Source: an uncultured archaeon
GTDB taxonomy: Archaea; Aenigmatarchaeota; Aenigmatarchaeia; QMZP01; QMZT01
NCBI GenBank assembly: GCA_964347025.1
Contig: CAYFWU010000002.1
Location: 5,187-69,186, forward strand
Length of the DNA: 64,000 nt
Direction: 5' to 3'
The translations under genes were made by a program, and so were the position numbers. Positions 18,835 to 28,507 of the stretch are shown piece after piece. How positions within the stretch are numbered: position 1 is the stretch's first letter; every line of letters begins with the position of its first letter. The notes under the pieces were generated by a model. The model ran no database searches. It was given only the letters and a program-made list of their open reading frames with translations, and was not told the DNA's origin.

Positions 18835-19089
18835 ATGGCTGAGGAGAAAAAACTTATTGGTAAGGTGACCCATTACTTTACAAACATAGGTGTTGCGGTC
18901 ATTGAATTGGAAGATACTCTGAAGGTAGGGGACGAGATTTCTATAGAGGGAGCGACTACGAATTTCACACAGAAAATCGATTCGATGCAGATAGAGCACG
19001 AGAACGTGAAAGAGGCGAAGAAAGGGGACTCTATCGGATTGAAAGTGAGCGACAGGGTAAGAGAAGGCGATCAGGTTTTCAAGGTCTAA
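18835..19089 (+). CDS. Translation-elongation-factor-like small beta-barrel protein (EF-Tu domain 2-like)
   Basis: 84 aa. LIGKVTHYFTNIGVAVIELEDTLKVGDEISIEG...VKEAKKGDSIGLKV...REGDQVFKV matches the standalone EF-Tu domain II-like barrel family as I remember it. Confidence 0.6.
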   Translation: MAEEKKLIGKVTHYFTNIGVAVIELEDTLKVGDEISIEGATTNFTQKIDSMQIEHENVKEAKKGDSIGLKVSDRVREGDQVFKV

Positions 19090-19135
19090 ATGTTCGACGA
19101 AAGTATTTAAACCTCCCCTATTTTTAATAGTTAAT

Positions 19136-21217
19136 ATGCCTTACACCCTGATAATAGCAGAAAAACCAAGCGCTGCAGAGAGGATAGCCAATGCGCTAGC
19201 TGATGACAAGGCTGAAAAAATAGGAAAATCAGGAATTTTCCATTTTCGATTGAAACATGGCGGGAAGGAGATAGTTGTTGTCCCCGCTGTCGGTCATTTA
19301 TTCGTTCTTGATCAGAAGGGCTCGAATACCAAATGGACTTACCCTGTTTTTGATGTTTACTGGAAGCCCACCTTCGAAAACAAGAACAGTCTCTGGGCAA
19401 AGAAATATTACAACAACATTGTTAAACTGGCCAAGGGAGCGAAAGAATACGTATCAGCATGCGATTACGATATTGAAGGATCGACAATCGCGTACAATAT
19501 CCTTAGGTTCATATGTGGAGTGGAGGACGGAAAGAGAATGAAATTTTCGACTTTAACAAAGAGCGATCTTCTGGATGCATATAAAAAGGCTTCTCTGCAC
19601 CTCGATTTTCCCCAGGTAGAGGCAGGATTGACGAGGCACACGCTTGATTTTTTGTGGGGTATTAATCTTTCCAGGGCTCTGACTCTGGCCCTCGAGAAGG
19701 CGGGCGGATACTGGACGCTGTCCGCTGGAAGGGTGCAGGGACCAACCCTGAATATTCTGGAGGAGAGGGAGAAAGAGATCGAAAAGTTCGTCCCTGAACT
19801 TTTCTGGGAGCTTGAGCTCTACGGAATAATAAACGGAGAAGAGATCTTGGCCTTGCACGAGGGGGGGAAGTTCTGGGAAAAGGAACAGGCTGAAAATATC
19901 CTGAACAAATGTAAAGGGAAGAAAGCGAAGGTCGAATCTATCGAGAAAAGAATGGTTAAGCAGCCACCTCCTGTCCCCTTTGATCTGACAACCCTGCAGA
20001 GGGATGCTTTCCAGAATTTTGGTTATTCTCCCAAGATGACGCTTGACATCGCTCAATCACTCTATGAACAGGCTCTCATCTCCTATCCGAGAACTTCGAG
20101 TCAGAAGTTACCGACAAAGCTAGGTTTGAAAAACATAATAGAGAAAATCTCAAGGCAAAAAACCTACTCAAAACTCTGCGGAAAGCTGATAGAAAAAGGG
20201 AGATTCTTTCCCAAGGAAGGAAAGAAAGACGATCCCGCTCACCCCTCGATATTCCCGACGGGTCACCTTCCAAAGAAGTTGAACTCATATCAGTCCAGAA
20301 TATACGATTTGATAGTTAGAAGGTTTCTCTCCACTTTCGCTGACCCCGCTTTAAGGGAGCACGTAACAGCAGTAATGGATGTTAACGGGGAAAAATTCAA
20401 GATTTTCGGAATGACCACGCTTAAACCAGAATGGATGGAGTTTTACGGGAAATACGCTAAATTCAAGGAGCAGGCTCTTCCAAAAATGAACAAGGGAGAT
20501 GTTATAGAAAACCCTGAAGTTCGAATGAACGAGAAAGAGACCACACCCCCAAACCGCTACTCTCAGGCATCCATACTGAAGATCATGGAGGATCTGGGTC
20601 TCGGAACAAAAGCGACTCGTGCTCAAATCCTTCACACGCTCTACGAAAGGGAGTACATACGTGAAAAGTCGATAAAGGTTACAGCACTTGGCTCTGCTGT
20701 GGTGGATGCCCTGAAAAAGCACTGCCCTGAAATAATATCAGAGGAGCTCACCAGGAATTTCGAAAAGGACATGGAACTCATACAGGGCGGAAAGGGAAAG
20801 AGGGAGAAGATAGTTAAATCAGCCGAGGAGGAACTTAAAAGAATCCTGACGAAATTCAAGGAACACGAAATCCACATAGGTTCGGAACTGAAGGAGGGTG
20901 TCAGGGAATTTGAGGAGATCGAACATTTCATAGGCGTTTGTCCTGAATGCAAGGGAGAGCTTCGCATCATCCGTTCACACGCAACCCACAAACGTTTCGT
21001 CGGCTGCTCCGGCTATCCTAAATGCAAACACGGTTTCCCACTCCCGCAGAAGGGAAAGCTGACAGTTCTCGAGGAAAAATGCGAGAACTGCGGACTGAAC
21101 ATAGTTCAGGTTAAGCAATTCAAGAGAAGACCCTGGAAGTTGTGCGTGAAATGCGGGTTCGTGATCAAGAAGAAAGATAAAACCGCAAAAAAGGAAACAA
21201 AGAAGAAAAAAGAGTAA
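19136..21217 (+). CDS. topA: DNA topoisomerase, type IA (TopA)
   Basis: 693 aa. It has the Toprim N-terminus LIIAEKPSAAERIA, the active-site region ISYPRTSSQKL and C-terminal Zn-ribbons (CPECKGEL...CSGYPKC, CENCG...CVKCG). Confidence 0.9.
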   Translation: MPYTLIIAEKPSAAERIANALADDKAEKIGKSGIFHFRLKHGGKEIVVVPAVGHLFVLDQKGSNTKWTYPVFDVYWKPTFENKNSLWAKKYYNNIVKLAKGAKEYVSACDYDIEGSTIAYNILRFICGVEDGKRMKFSTLTKSDLLDAYKKASLHLDFPQVEAGLTRHTLDFLWGINLSRALTLALEKAGGYWTLSAGRVQGPTLNILEEREKEIEKFVPELFWELELYGIINGEEILALHEGGKFWEKEQAENILNKCKGKKAKVESIEKRMVKQPPPVPFDLTTLQRDAFQNFGYSPKMTLDIAQSLYEQALISYPRTSSQKLPTKLGLKNIIEKISRQKTYSKLCGKLIEKGRFFPKEGKKDDPAHPSIFPTGHLPKKLNSYQSRIYDLIVRRFLSTFADPALREHVTAVMDVNGEKFKIFGMTTLKPEWMEFYGKYAKFKEQALPKMNKGDVIENPEVRMNEKETTPPNRYSQASILKIMEDLGLGTKATRAQILHTLYEREYIREKSIKVTALGSAVVDALKKHCPEIISEELTRNFEKDMELIQGGKGKREKIVKSAEEELKRILTKFKEHEIHIGSELKEGVREFEEIEHFIGVCPECKGELRIIRSHATHKRFVGCSGYPKCKHGFPLPQKGKLTVLEEKCENCGLNIVQVKQFKRRPWKLCVKCGFVIKKKDKTAKKETKKKKE

Positions 21218-21265
21218 TTAACTACTTCTAGATAAATACTTAAAGCTTTCTATCAATAATCAAGC

Positions 21266-22078
21266 ATGAAGCCCCAAAATCCAGAAAATGACACCATAGA
21301 ATTCAGGAATGATATGGAAACACTTAAGGAACTCAAAAGAAAGAATCCATATCCTACGATTCATGATGTCGATTCTGAGCTAACGTCTGCGCTTTACACA
21401 CCAGAGAAGGGCATAAAATGGGATGACGTTGGATCAGTAGTTGTAAATCTTGATAGTATTAAAATTTTGAAAGTATTGGAACCCATATGGGACAGGAATG
21501 CAGAAATTTACGCAATAACGATGGTGAATGACGATCTTACATTTGAGAATAAAAGCGAAGAGAACCCGACGAATGTACACTCATTTGGGATTTTTGATAA
21601 AGTCAAAAAGAACGACACCATCAATTTGAAAAACTATCCGATTTACACTTACAAATGCGCAGAGAAAGGGGTGACACCCGAACAGCTTGTATGTAAATTC
21701 CTAATCATGGAGTCTGACCAAAAGGATCGCGAAATAGGAGACATTCTCGAGCATATCAGGGAAAGGGAAGAATACAAGCGAGCTGTCGATATACTCAGAA
21801 AATACCCCAAACCTGAAGTTTCAATGATCACCATCGTAACTGATTTGGTTTTTTCTGCAATCACGAAGGCACTTGAGACCAATAAAGACGACCAGGTAAT
21901 GCTGAGTTATGACGGGTTTCATAAATGGATTAACAAATTAGGTTTTGGAAGACACCGTGACCGGAATCGGAATGCGATCTTAAATTACAGTATACACCTC
22001 CCGCCTTACTACATCGTAAAGGCAATGGAACAAAATGATATTCCTATAATAGGGAAAGATAAAAAATATCATAAATAA
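21266..22078 (+). CDS. Hypothetical cytoplasmic protein (orphan)
   Basis: 270-aa ORF with no signal peptide or TM segment. No motif recognised. Confidence 0.4.
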   Translation: MKPQNPENDTIEFRNDMETLKELKRKNPYPTIHDVDSELTSALYTPEKGIKWDDVGSVVVNLDSIKILKVLEPIWDRNAEIYAITMVNDDLTFENKSEENPTNVHSFGIFDKVKKNDTINLKNYPIYTYKCAEKGVTPEQLVCKFLIMESDQKDREIGDILEHIREREEYKRAVDILRKYPKPEVSMITIVTDLVFSAITKALETNKDDQVMLSYDGFHKWINKLGFGRHRDRNRNAILNYSIHLPPYYIVKAMEQNDIPIIGKDKKYHK

Positions 22079-22079
22079 T

Positions 22080-22763
22080 CTAAAAAATCCTGAACCCGGA
22101 TGGTCTTACACCTTCTTCCACTATCTCAAACTTAACTGATTTACCCTCAGGGATCGATCGGTGTTTCATGATTGTCGCTTTCCTTTCACCCATTTTCCCT
22201 GTGTGTTCCACGAAAATGATTGATTTTGACCAGTACTTGATCGAGTCCCCTCCTATTATCCGGTTCTCTCCTGTTTCCCAGTCCTTGAAGGTGTGTGCGG
22301 TTATCACTACAGGGATTTTCCTTTTCCTTGCTATGTTTGAGAGGACCGAAAGCTGAACAGAAAGCTCTTTGTTCGCCTCGAGCGTTTCTTTCGTTGGATC
22401 TGCGCATTTCAGGCGATAGAGAGCGACAGAAGAGTCGAGAACTAACATATCGAAATCTTGGTTCTCCAGGTTCTTTATAACGACTCCCTGTTCCTCGAAG
22501 GTTTTCGGCTCTATCAGAATCATATTTTTGAATATATCTTCGTTACCCATGGATATCTGTTTAACCCTTTCGGGAGATAGCCCGCCTTCTGTATCTATGT
22601 AAACCACTTCCCCCCCTTTTATTATGCAATCAAGTGCAGCGAGTATGCACAAGTTCGTTTTCCCTACTCCGGGGGGTCCGTAAAAGTTCGTGATCGCCCC
22701 CTTTTCAATCCCCCCTGTTAACGAGTGGAAGGGCTCGGGAAGAAGAATCTTTTCCGAGTTCAT
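22080..22763 (-). CDS. radB: DNA repair and recombination protein RadB
   Basis: 227 aa. It has the Walker A motif GPPGVGKTNLC and a Walker B-like LVLDS. The short RecA/RadA-core-only length is typical of RadB. Confidence 0.85.
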   Translation of the reverse strand: MNSEKILLPEPFHSLTGGIEKGAITNFYGPPGVGKTNLCILAALDCIIKGGEVVYIDTEGGLSPERVKQISMGNEDIFKNMILIEPKTFEEQGVVIKNLENQDFDMLVLDSSVALYRLKCADPTKETLEANKELSVQLSVLSNIARKRKIPVVITAHTFKDWETGENRIIGGDSIKYWSKSIIFVEHTGKMGERKATIMKHRSIPEGKSVKFEIVEEGVRPSGFRIF

Positions 22764-22797
22764 AGAAAATAATTGTTTGGTAATTTTAAATAAAAGA

Positions 22798-22976
22798 CGC
22801 TGGGACTGGGAGTTTCGAGCGAAGCAGACTCATCTGCTTCATGCGCCCTTCGAACCCAGAACCCCGTAAGGGGACTAGCTACCTGGGAAACGCAAGCTTT
22901 AGCTGCTGTTTTCGCTAAAGCCTTTTGGATAAAAGGCTTTTTCCAGGCTAGCGCGTTGCCGTTCCGCCATCCCAGC
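22798..22976 (-). tRNA. tRNA-Ser(GGA) with two introns (canonical 37/38 and T-loop)
   Basis: Revcomp reads GCTGGGA TG GCGGAACGGCAACGC G CTAGC CTGGAA[60 nt, plus-strand 22881-22940]A GCTAG TCCCCTTACGGGGTT CTGGG TTCGAA[37 nt, 22812-22848]T CCCAG TCCCAGC G. The mature form is 82 nt with a class II variable arm and discriminator G73. Confidence 0.85.
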
Positions 22977-23009
22977 TTTATACCTAATTTATTGCGAGCA
23001 GTTTTAAAA

Positions 23010-23156
23010 TTATTTCTTTATCCTGTTTGCGCAGTTTCTGCACAAACCAGAACTAGCATCGAAGTGTTCGCTGCATACGATCGCCCCGCAAAATCTGCAG
23101 GAATGCGCTGGTTTCGCTACCTTCCCGCATATTGAACACAATCCAGATACCTGCAT
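23010..23156 (-). CDS. Small C4 zinc-ribbon protein (48 aa, below the ORF-track cutoff)
   Basis: My translation: MQVSGLCSICGKVAKPAHSCRFCGAIVCSEHFDASSGLCRNCANRIKK*. It has two CxxC pairs plus an extra CxxC. It lies between tRNA-Ser and the 1400-aa gene. Confidence 0.55.
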   Translation of the reverse strand: MQVSGLCSICGKVAKPAHSCRFCGAIVCSEHFDASSGLCRNCANRIKK

Positions 23157-23165
23157 TAAAACACC

Positions 23166-26100
23166 TCATGTCCTTATTATGACAGTTTCCTTCTCCCTCT
23201 TTCTCCTCACTTTCCTTTCAGTCCTTCTCCTTATGACGTAATAGGCTCCTAGGGCCAGGAGACCCACCACTATCACACCTATTAATATCTCGATTGCCGG
23301 GACTCTCTCCCTGATACCTGGAACCACGGACTGCGTCATGTTGGCGGAATATCTTATCAGATCCCTGCAGTTCTGAAGTGCGGTCTCTGTAAGATCCCTT
23401 GCCTTCCCTATATCTCCCTTTCCGAGTTCCCTCTCGGCCTGAACTATGAGCTCAGTCAGGTCCAGGCATTCAGGATTCTCCTCAAAAAGGTCCTTTACAA
23501 GCTCTATCCTCTCCTCAAGCTTGGTCCGGTTCTCAAATATATTCTCTAGGTATATGACCGTTGACTGGTTGAATTTCGGACTGCCCACTTTACCTATGAT
23601 CTTTATCTCATACCTGTCCTTTGTTAAATTGTAAGCATCTATTGTCAGCTCTGCGGTCGCGTTTTTATACGTCTCCAGTACACTTATTTTAGCCGGGTCC
23701 ACGGACAGGGAAAAATCATCCTTTTCGCTGGTCTCGGTCACTATATTTATATCGTTCAGGGTAACATCTCCAGTGTTCTTGAAGTTCACAGGAACAACGG
23801 TCTTTGTATTGGACTTTACTTGTACGGGAGAAATAACTGTTATCGTAAGCGAGGCTATTCTGGTCACCACTGTAGCGGTCCCGCTTGTCGTATGCTGCAC
23901 AATTGTCTGGGTCTCTGTCTCCACGTAAGTTACATTTAATGTTATGTTGTTACTTGATATCTCAAATTCCGAATCGTTAAAGGTGAAAATTATGTAGTCC
24001 ACCCCATACCAGTCAGGTGCCGGCGTGAGCGTTGCCTGTGTTGTATTCTGATTTATCGAGACTGATATGGAACTCGGCTCTCTGGTAAAAGAGTATGTGA
24101 GAGCGGTGTCGTCATCCGATACATTGTTCTCGTTATCAGGATCCCTCATGTAATAACTGAGATTTGGATATATCTGATGCGGGATGTTCATGGGCCAGGT
24201 TTGGGGAGTCAGTATGTCCACGAAAAGCACAGGTGGTCTGTTCTTATTCGTAACGTTGACATCCCACCAGTCCAGTGTTGTATAAATACCATCTGTAATC
24301 CTCAGGGTGAAGTTGTGCGTCCCATTATTTATCCCTGAATCTTCAAAACTTGATTTATATGTAATACTTCCTGCCTGTCCCCCGCTACCGTGGCAATCTG
24401 AAATCGTCCTGTTAAGAACACCGTTCTTGTACCATCTGCAGGTCAGCGGATCCCCATTCGGATCGGAAACAGTAATGAAAAATGTTATGCTGTCGTTCTC
24501 CACCAGGCTCCTGTTGGTTGGGTCGGTAAACCACACATCAAGGCTAGGTGGCATGTTCAACATGTTTACAGTGAAATTTATAACCTGCCAGCCTGTTGAA
24601 TTGTAAGGGCTCGTGGTGTTCCCGCTATCCCTTACTGTCGTATTGATGGTGTAGTTGCCTATATCATTGTAAACAGGGGTGAAATTCACAACACCGGTCG
24701 TTTCATTAACTGTAAAAATTGAACAATTCGTATCGTTTACATTAATCTTAGAGCAGTTCAAAAAGGTCAGGTTGTAGTAGAATGGCGTGTTGCCCTCCTC
24801 GTCCGTTGCATTGACACTGAGATTCATAAGGAACGTAACGTTTTCCCATGCAGTTCTGTTCGAGAAGTTGAAAACAGGAGGATCGTTGACCGCATTTATT
24901 GTGAGGTTGAATTCAGTCCAGTCGATCGAACCGTTGCTATCGGTAACGCTTATGTTCATTAAATACGTCAGGTTATACGTATTGTTGGCCCATGAATCAT
25001 TGGATGGTGTAAAGTTCAGAACGCCTGTTGTTGAATTTATGCCGAAGAAGTTAAACCCAGAGATGATGGTCAGGTTATACGTCAAGGTATCGTTGTCTGG
25101 TGTTTGCATGTCTAAATCCGTCGTGTTCTCCCCCACGTTACATATGTATTCTATATCTTCGTTCGTAGAGTTCGCACAAGAAAAATTCAGAACAGGCGGA
25201 TCATTCAGATTCCAAACCGTGAAATCCACAAGGATGGAATTCTCCCTCCCCCACGTGTCGTTAACAATGATCTTTATACTGTAGTTCCCCACTTGGGAAT
25301 TGTTCACAGATGTGTAATTCATTATTCCCATGGTTATGTTCTCCGAAACCCAGAAGGTCGTATCCGTATCTATAGGGAACAGCGTGTTGTTCAGAAGCAC
25401 GCTGTTATAATAGGTCTCTGTTCTGAACGTTATATTGTCAGCAGTTGCGTTATCGAGGTCTGTTGCATTGATCTCAAGGTAGAAGGACTGGTTCTGCCAG
25501 GCCGTCTGGGCAGGGACAGAGGTAATTATATTTGGTTGGTAATCCGCAATTAAGGTGAGGTTGAACTCCGCCCAATCGGTCAGGTTCCCACCGTCCGTAA
25601 CCGATATGTTTAATGTGTAGTTACCGGCGTCTTTTTTCAGGGGGTTCGTATAGTTTATAACACCCGTCTGGTCGTTTATTCCGAATATAGAACAATTGGT
25701 ATCACTTTGATTCACCTTGGAACAGTTGGTGAAATTCAGATAGAAGGTAAGCGTTCCGTTAACCGGATCTACATAAGGAACGTAGGCGGGGAAATCGTCC
25801 GGATCTGTTGTGTTCTCCTCGATGTCGCAGTAGTATTCAAGGCCTTCAACAGAGTAGTTCTTGCAGTTAAAGCTTATGTTGGGAGGATCGTTTATGTTCG
25901 CAATAGTGACGTTGAAGACTGTCCAGGCTGTTCCATTCACCCTTCCATCATAAACCGAGATGTTCACTGTGTAATTACCTACCTGGTTGGGTGATACGGT
26001 GTAGTTAAGTGTTACATTACCGAGGCTCGTCCCGTTGTCCAGGTAAACCGTCTGATTAACCGTTACGGGGAAGAGACTTGTGTTGTGATAAAAAACAGAG

Positions 26101-27368
26101 AGATTTCGATAGAGTGCTGTCGTATTGAAAACCAACGTTCCGTTATCTATGTCACTCGCGTTTATAACAAGCGTTACGCTTTCGTTTTGTGTCCAGAACT
26201 GGTTCTGTACGCTGTCAATAACAGGACGGTCATTTATGTCAATGACCATGAAATTAACAACCTGGTATCCTGTCGCGTTCGGCAGCCATATGTATGGGGG
26301 GATGCTTGTTCCTGTAAGGTTGTCTCCAGGATCTGTTGCTGTGAAATTTATGCTGTAATTCCCGACATCAAAATTTTCGAAAACAGTTGTTCGGTTTATT
26401 ATACCACTTTGATTATCTATCGAGAACAGACCCGAACAGTTCGTTACGTTCGAATGCTGCGCATTGAACGGCCTGTAGCAGGAAATGAATGTTGTGTTAA
26501 AGTAGAACGTATTGGACTCCTCATCACTTGCGTCAATATCAGCATAAAAAGAAGAGTTCTGGTAAGAGCTTGATGGAACACCTGAGAGGGTAGGCTTGTC
26601 ATTGACTGCATTAACTATGAATTCCTTGTCAGCTGTCGCCCCTTCTCCCACCGCATCCTTATCCAGAAGCGTCACAAAGAAATCACCACAATCCGAATCA
26701 GTCGTGATATCAACTGTAACATTCCCATTTGCATCCATTGAGAAACCGGTAAATTCCGTCCCTGCCTTATATCCGTAGGTAAGGTTATTTTCATCTATGT
26801 CATCTATATCATAACATTTTTCGCTGAAATTGTATAGACATACCGTGTCTTCAGAACAATTTATGCTTCCAAGTGGAACGTATATGCCCGCCGGCGTGTT
26901 CGTAACTGACATGTTGTCTGTCGTGTTGAGTATTTCGTAATCTTGGGAAAAACCGTCACACGTTACATTCCAGAAGTAAAATCCCCTTGAATCGAATGTT
27001 TTGCTGTATTCATAAATTTTAGAAGTTGAATTGAACGACATGCTATTGGTGCTCCAGTTGCCTGTTTCATTGAAACTTATGTTGCACTCGACACCGGATC
27101 CGTTTATCGATTCCCCTGAGGTCAGATTTGTGAAGTTTGCGAAAAACTCGGCTGTAGTTGTTGCGTTAGGTCCGCCTCCTTGGGGACTACCATCGGCATA
27201 AACCTTGTAAGATCCTCCTTCAGGGTCGGTGATGTCCCAGATTTCGAGACTTGCATTATTACCTGTCACAGAAGATGTTGAGGATACATTGGGTGCCAGT
27301 GGGAAGAAAAGAACTACGAAAGTGATCAATATTATCAAGACTATTAATGCGCCAGCATACCCCTTCAT
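23166..27368 (-). CDS. Giant cadherin-like repeat surface protein, hyper-sequon-rich, with a C-terminal TM anchor
   Basis: 1400 aa. N-terminal signal/anchor ALIVLIILITFVVLFFPLAP. At least 7 repeats are delimited by cadherin-like xNDxP boundaries: NAVNDKP, DINDRP, NINDPP, NLNDPP, AVNDPP, NMLNMPP, NKNRPP. The C-terminus has the TM ILIGVIVVGLLALGAYYVI followed by RRRTERKVRRKREK. Confidence 0.8.
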   Translation of the reverse strand: MKGYAGALIVLIILITFVVLFFPLAPNVSSTSSVTGNNASLEIWDITDPEGGSYKVYADGSPQGGGPNATTTAEFFANFTNLTSGESINGSGVECNISFNETGNWSTNSMSFNSTSKIYEYSKTFDSRGFYFWNVTCDGFSQDYEILNTTDNMSVTNTPAGIYVPLGSINCSEDTVCLYNFSEKCYDIDDIDENNLTYGYKAGTEFTGFSMDANGNVTVDITTDSDCGDFFVTLLDKDAVGEGATADKEFIVNAVNDKPTLSGVPSSSYQNSSFYADIDASDEESNTFYFNTTFISCYRPFNAQHSNVTNCSGLFSIDNQSGIINRTTVFENFDVGNYSINFTATDPGDNLTGTSIPPYIWLPNATGYQVVNFMVIDINDRPVIDSVQNQFWTQNESVTLVINASDIDNGTLVFNTTALYRNLSVFYHNTSLFPVTVNQTVYLDNGTSLGNVTLNYTVSPNQVGNYTVNISVYDGRVNGTAWTVFNVTIANINDPPNISFNCKNYSVEGLEYYCDIEENTTDPDDFPAYVPYVDPVNGTLTFYLNFTNCSKVNQSDTNCSIFGINDQTGVINYTNPLKKDAGNYTLNISVTDGGNLTDWAEFNLTLIADYQPNIITSVPAQTAWQNQSFYLEINATDLDNATADNITFRTETYYNSVLLNNTLFPIDTDTTFWVSENITMGIMNYTSVNNSQVGNYSIKIIVNDTWGRENSILVDFTVWNLNDPPVLNFSCANSTNEDIEYICNVGENTTDLDMQTPDNDTLTYNLTIISGFNFFGINSTTGVLNFTPSNDSWANNTYNLTYLMNISVTDSNGSIDWTEFNLTINAVNDPPVFNFSNRTAWENVTFLMNLSVNATDEEGNTPFYYNLTFLNCSKINVNDTNCSIFTVNETTGVVNFTPVYNDIGNYTINTTVRDSGNTTSPYNSTGWQVINFTVNMLNMPPSLDVWFTDPTNRSLVENDSITFFITVSDPNGDPLTCRWYKNGVLNRTISDCHGSGGQAGSITYKSSFEDSGINNGTHNFTLRITDGIYTTLDWWDVNVTNKNRPPVLFVDILTPQTWPMNIPHQIYPNLSYYMRDPDNENNVSDDDTALTYSFTREPSSISVSINQNTTQATLTPAPDWYGVDYIIFTFNDSEFEISSNNITLNVTYVETETQTIVQHTTSGTATVVTRIASLTITVISPVQVKSNTKTVVPVNFKNTGDVTLNDINIVTETSEKDDFSLSVDPAKISVLETYKNATAELTIDAYNLTKDRYEIKIIGKVGSPKFNQSTVIYLENIFENRTKLEERIELVKDLFEENPECLDLTELIVQAERELGKGDIGKARDLTETALQNCRDLIRYSANMTQSVVPGIRERVPAIEILIGVIVVGLLALGAYYVIRRRTERKVRRKREKETVIIRT

Positions 27369-27469
27369 GGAGAGTACCCTCTAAGTAATATTATGTTTAT
27401 GAACAATTAAATAAGAAGATTTTTTCTAGATCAACTCAAATTTATATTGGTCCTTCCTAATAATTTATT

Positions 27470-28462
27470 ATGGTTGAGGTTGAGGGGATAGAGGAAGGCT
27501 TAGTAGAAAAATATATGAGAAGCCTGGAAACCATACGAAGAGAGATAGGAAAGATAATTGTTGGTCAGCAAGAGGTTGTGAACGGCCTGCTTCTTGGCTT
27601 GCTGTGCAACGGGCACGTATTGGTGGAGGGAGTTCCTGGAATAGCAAAAACCTTATTGATACGTTCCCTCGCTAGAGTTACAGGTTGCAAATTCAAGAGG
27701 GTACAGTTCACTGTTGATCTTCTGCCAACGGACATAACAGGGATAACGGCTTACCACAAAGACAAGGGGTTTTACGTCGTGAAGGGACCGGTATTTACAA
27801 ACTTCATACTTGCGGACGAGATTAACCGAGCGCCGCCAAAGACTCAATCAGCTCTGCTCGAGGCAATGGGGGAGAAACAGGTAACTATAGGAAAGGAAAC
27901 GTTCAAACTTGATGATCCTTTCTTCGTCATGGCAACACAGAACCCGATAGAGACAGCAGGAACGTACCCCTTACCTGAAGCGCAGATAGACAGGTTTTTG
28001 TTAAAACTTTTCATGTATTATCCGAACACTGACGAGGAAAAGAAGATTTTGAGAAAGAATATAAACCTTTACAAGTTTGATGAATTCGGACTGAAACCTG
28101 TGATATACCCCAATGACATAATAAAGATGCAGCAGGATGTCAAGAAGATATACATGAGCAAAAAGATAGAGCAGTACTGCGTTAACCTTACGGATGCCAC
28201 GCGAAATCCGAAGAAATACAAGATTAAACTTGGAAGATACGTCCAATGGGGCGGTTCCCCGAGGACATCGATAGGATTGTTCATAGTTTCCAAGGCAAAT
28301 GCCCTTATCCACGGTAAGAACTTCGTGATCCCTGATTTTGTCAAGGAGATCGCTCATTCTGTTATAAGACACAGAATTATCTTGAATTACGAGGGTCTGG
28401 CAGAAGGTATAAAAACAGATGATATAGTAAAGGAGATCCTAGCTAAGGTCCCTGTCCCATAA
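27470..28462 (+). CDS. MoxR-family AAA+ ATPase
   Basis: 330 aa. Walker A GVPGIAKT and Walker B/sensor ADEINRAPPKTQSALLEAM; the MoxR length fits. Confidence 0.9.
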   Translation: MVEVEGIEEGLVEKYMRSLETIRREIGKIIVGQQEVVNGLLLGLLCNGHVLVEGVPGIAKTLLIRSLARVTGCKFKRVQFTVDLLPTDITGITAYHKDKGFYVVKGPVFTNFILADEINRAPPKTQSALLEAMGEKQVTIGKETFKLDDPFFVMATQNPIETAGTYPLPEAQIDRFLLKLFMYYPNTDEEKKILRKNINLYKFDEFGLKPVIYPNDIIKMQQDVKKIYMSKKIEQYCVNLTDATRNPKKYKIKLGRYVQWGGSPRTSIGLFIVSKANALIHGKNFVIPDFVKEIAHSVIRHRIILNYEGLAEGIKTDDIVKEILAKVPVP

Positions 28463-28507
28463 ATACGAATTCTAAATTTTTAATTAAGTCAAGACAAATA
28501 TATAATC

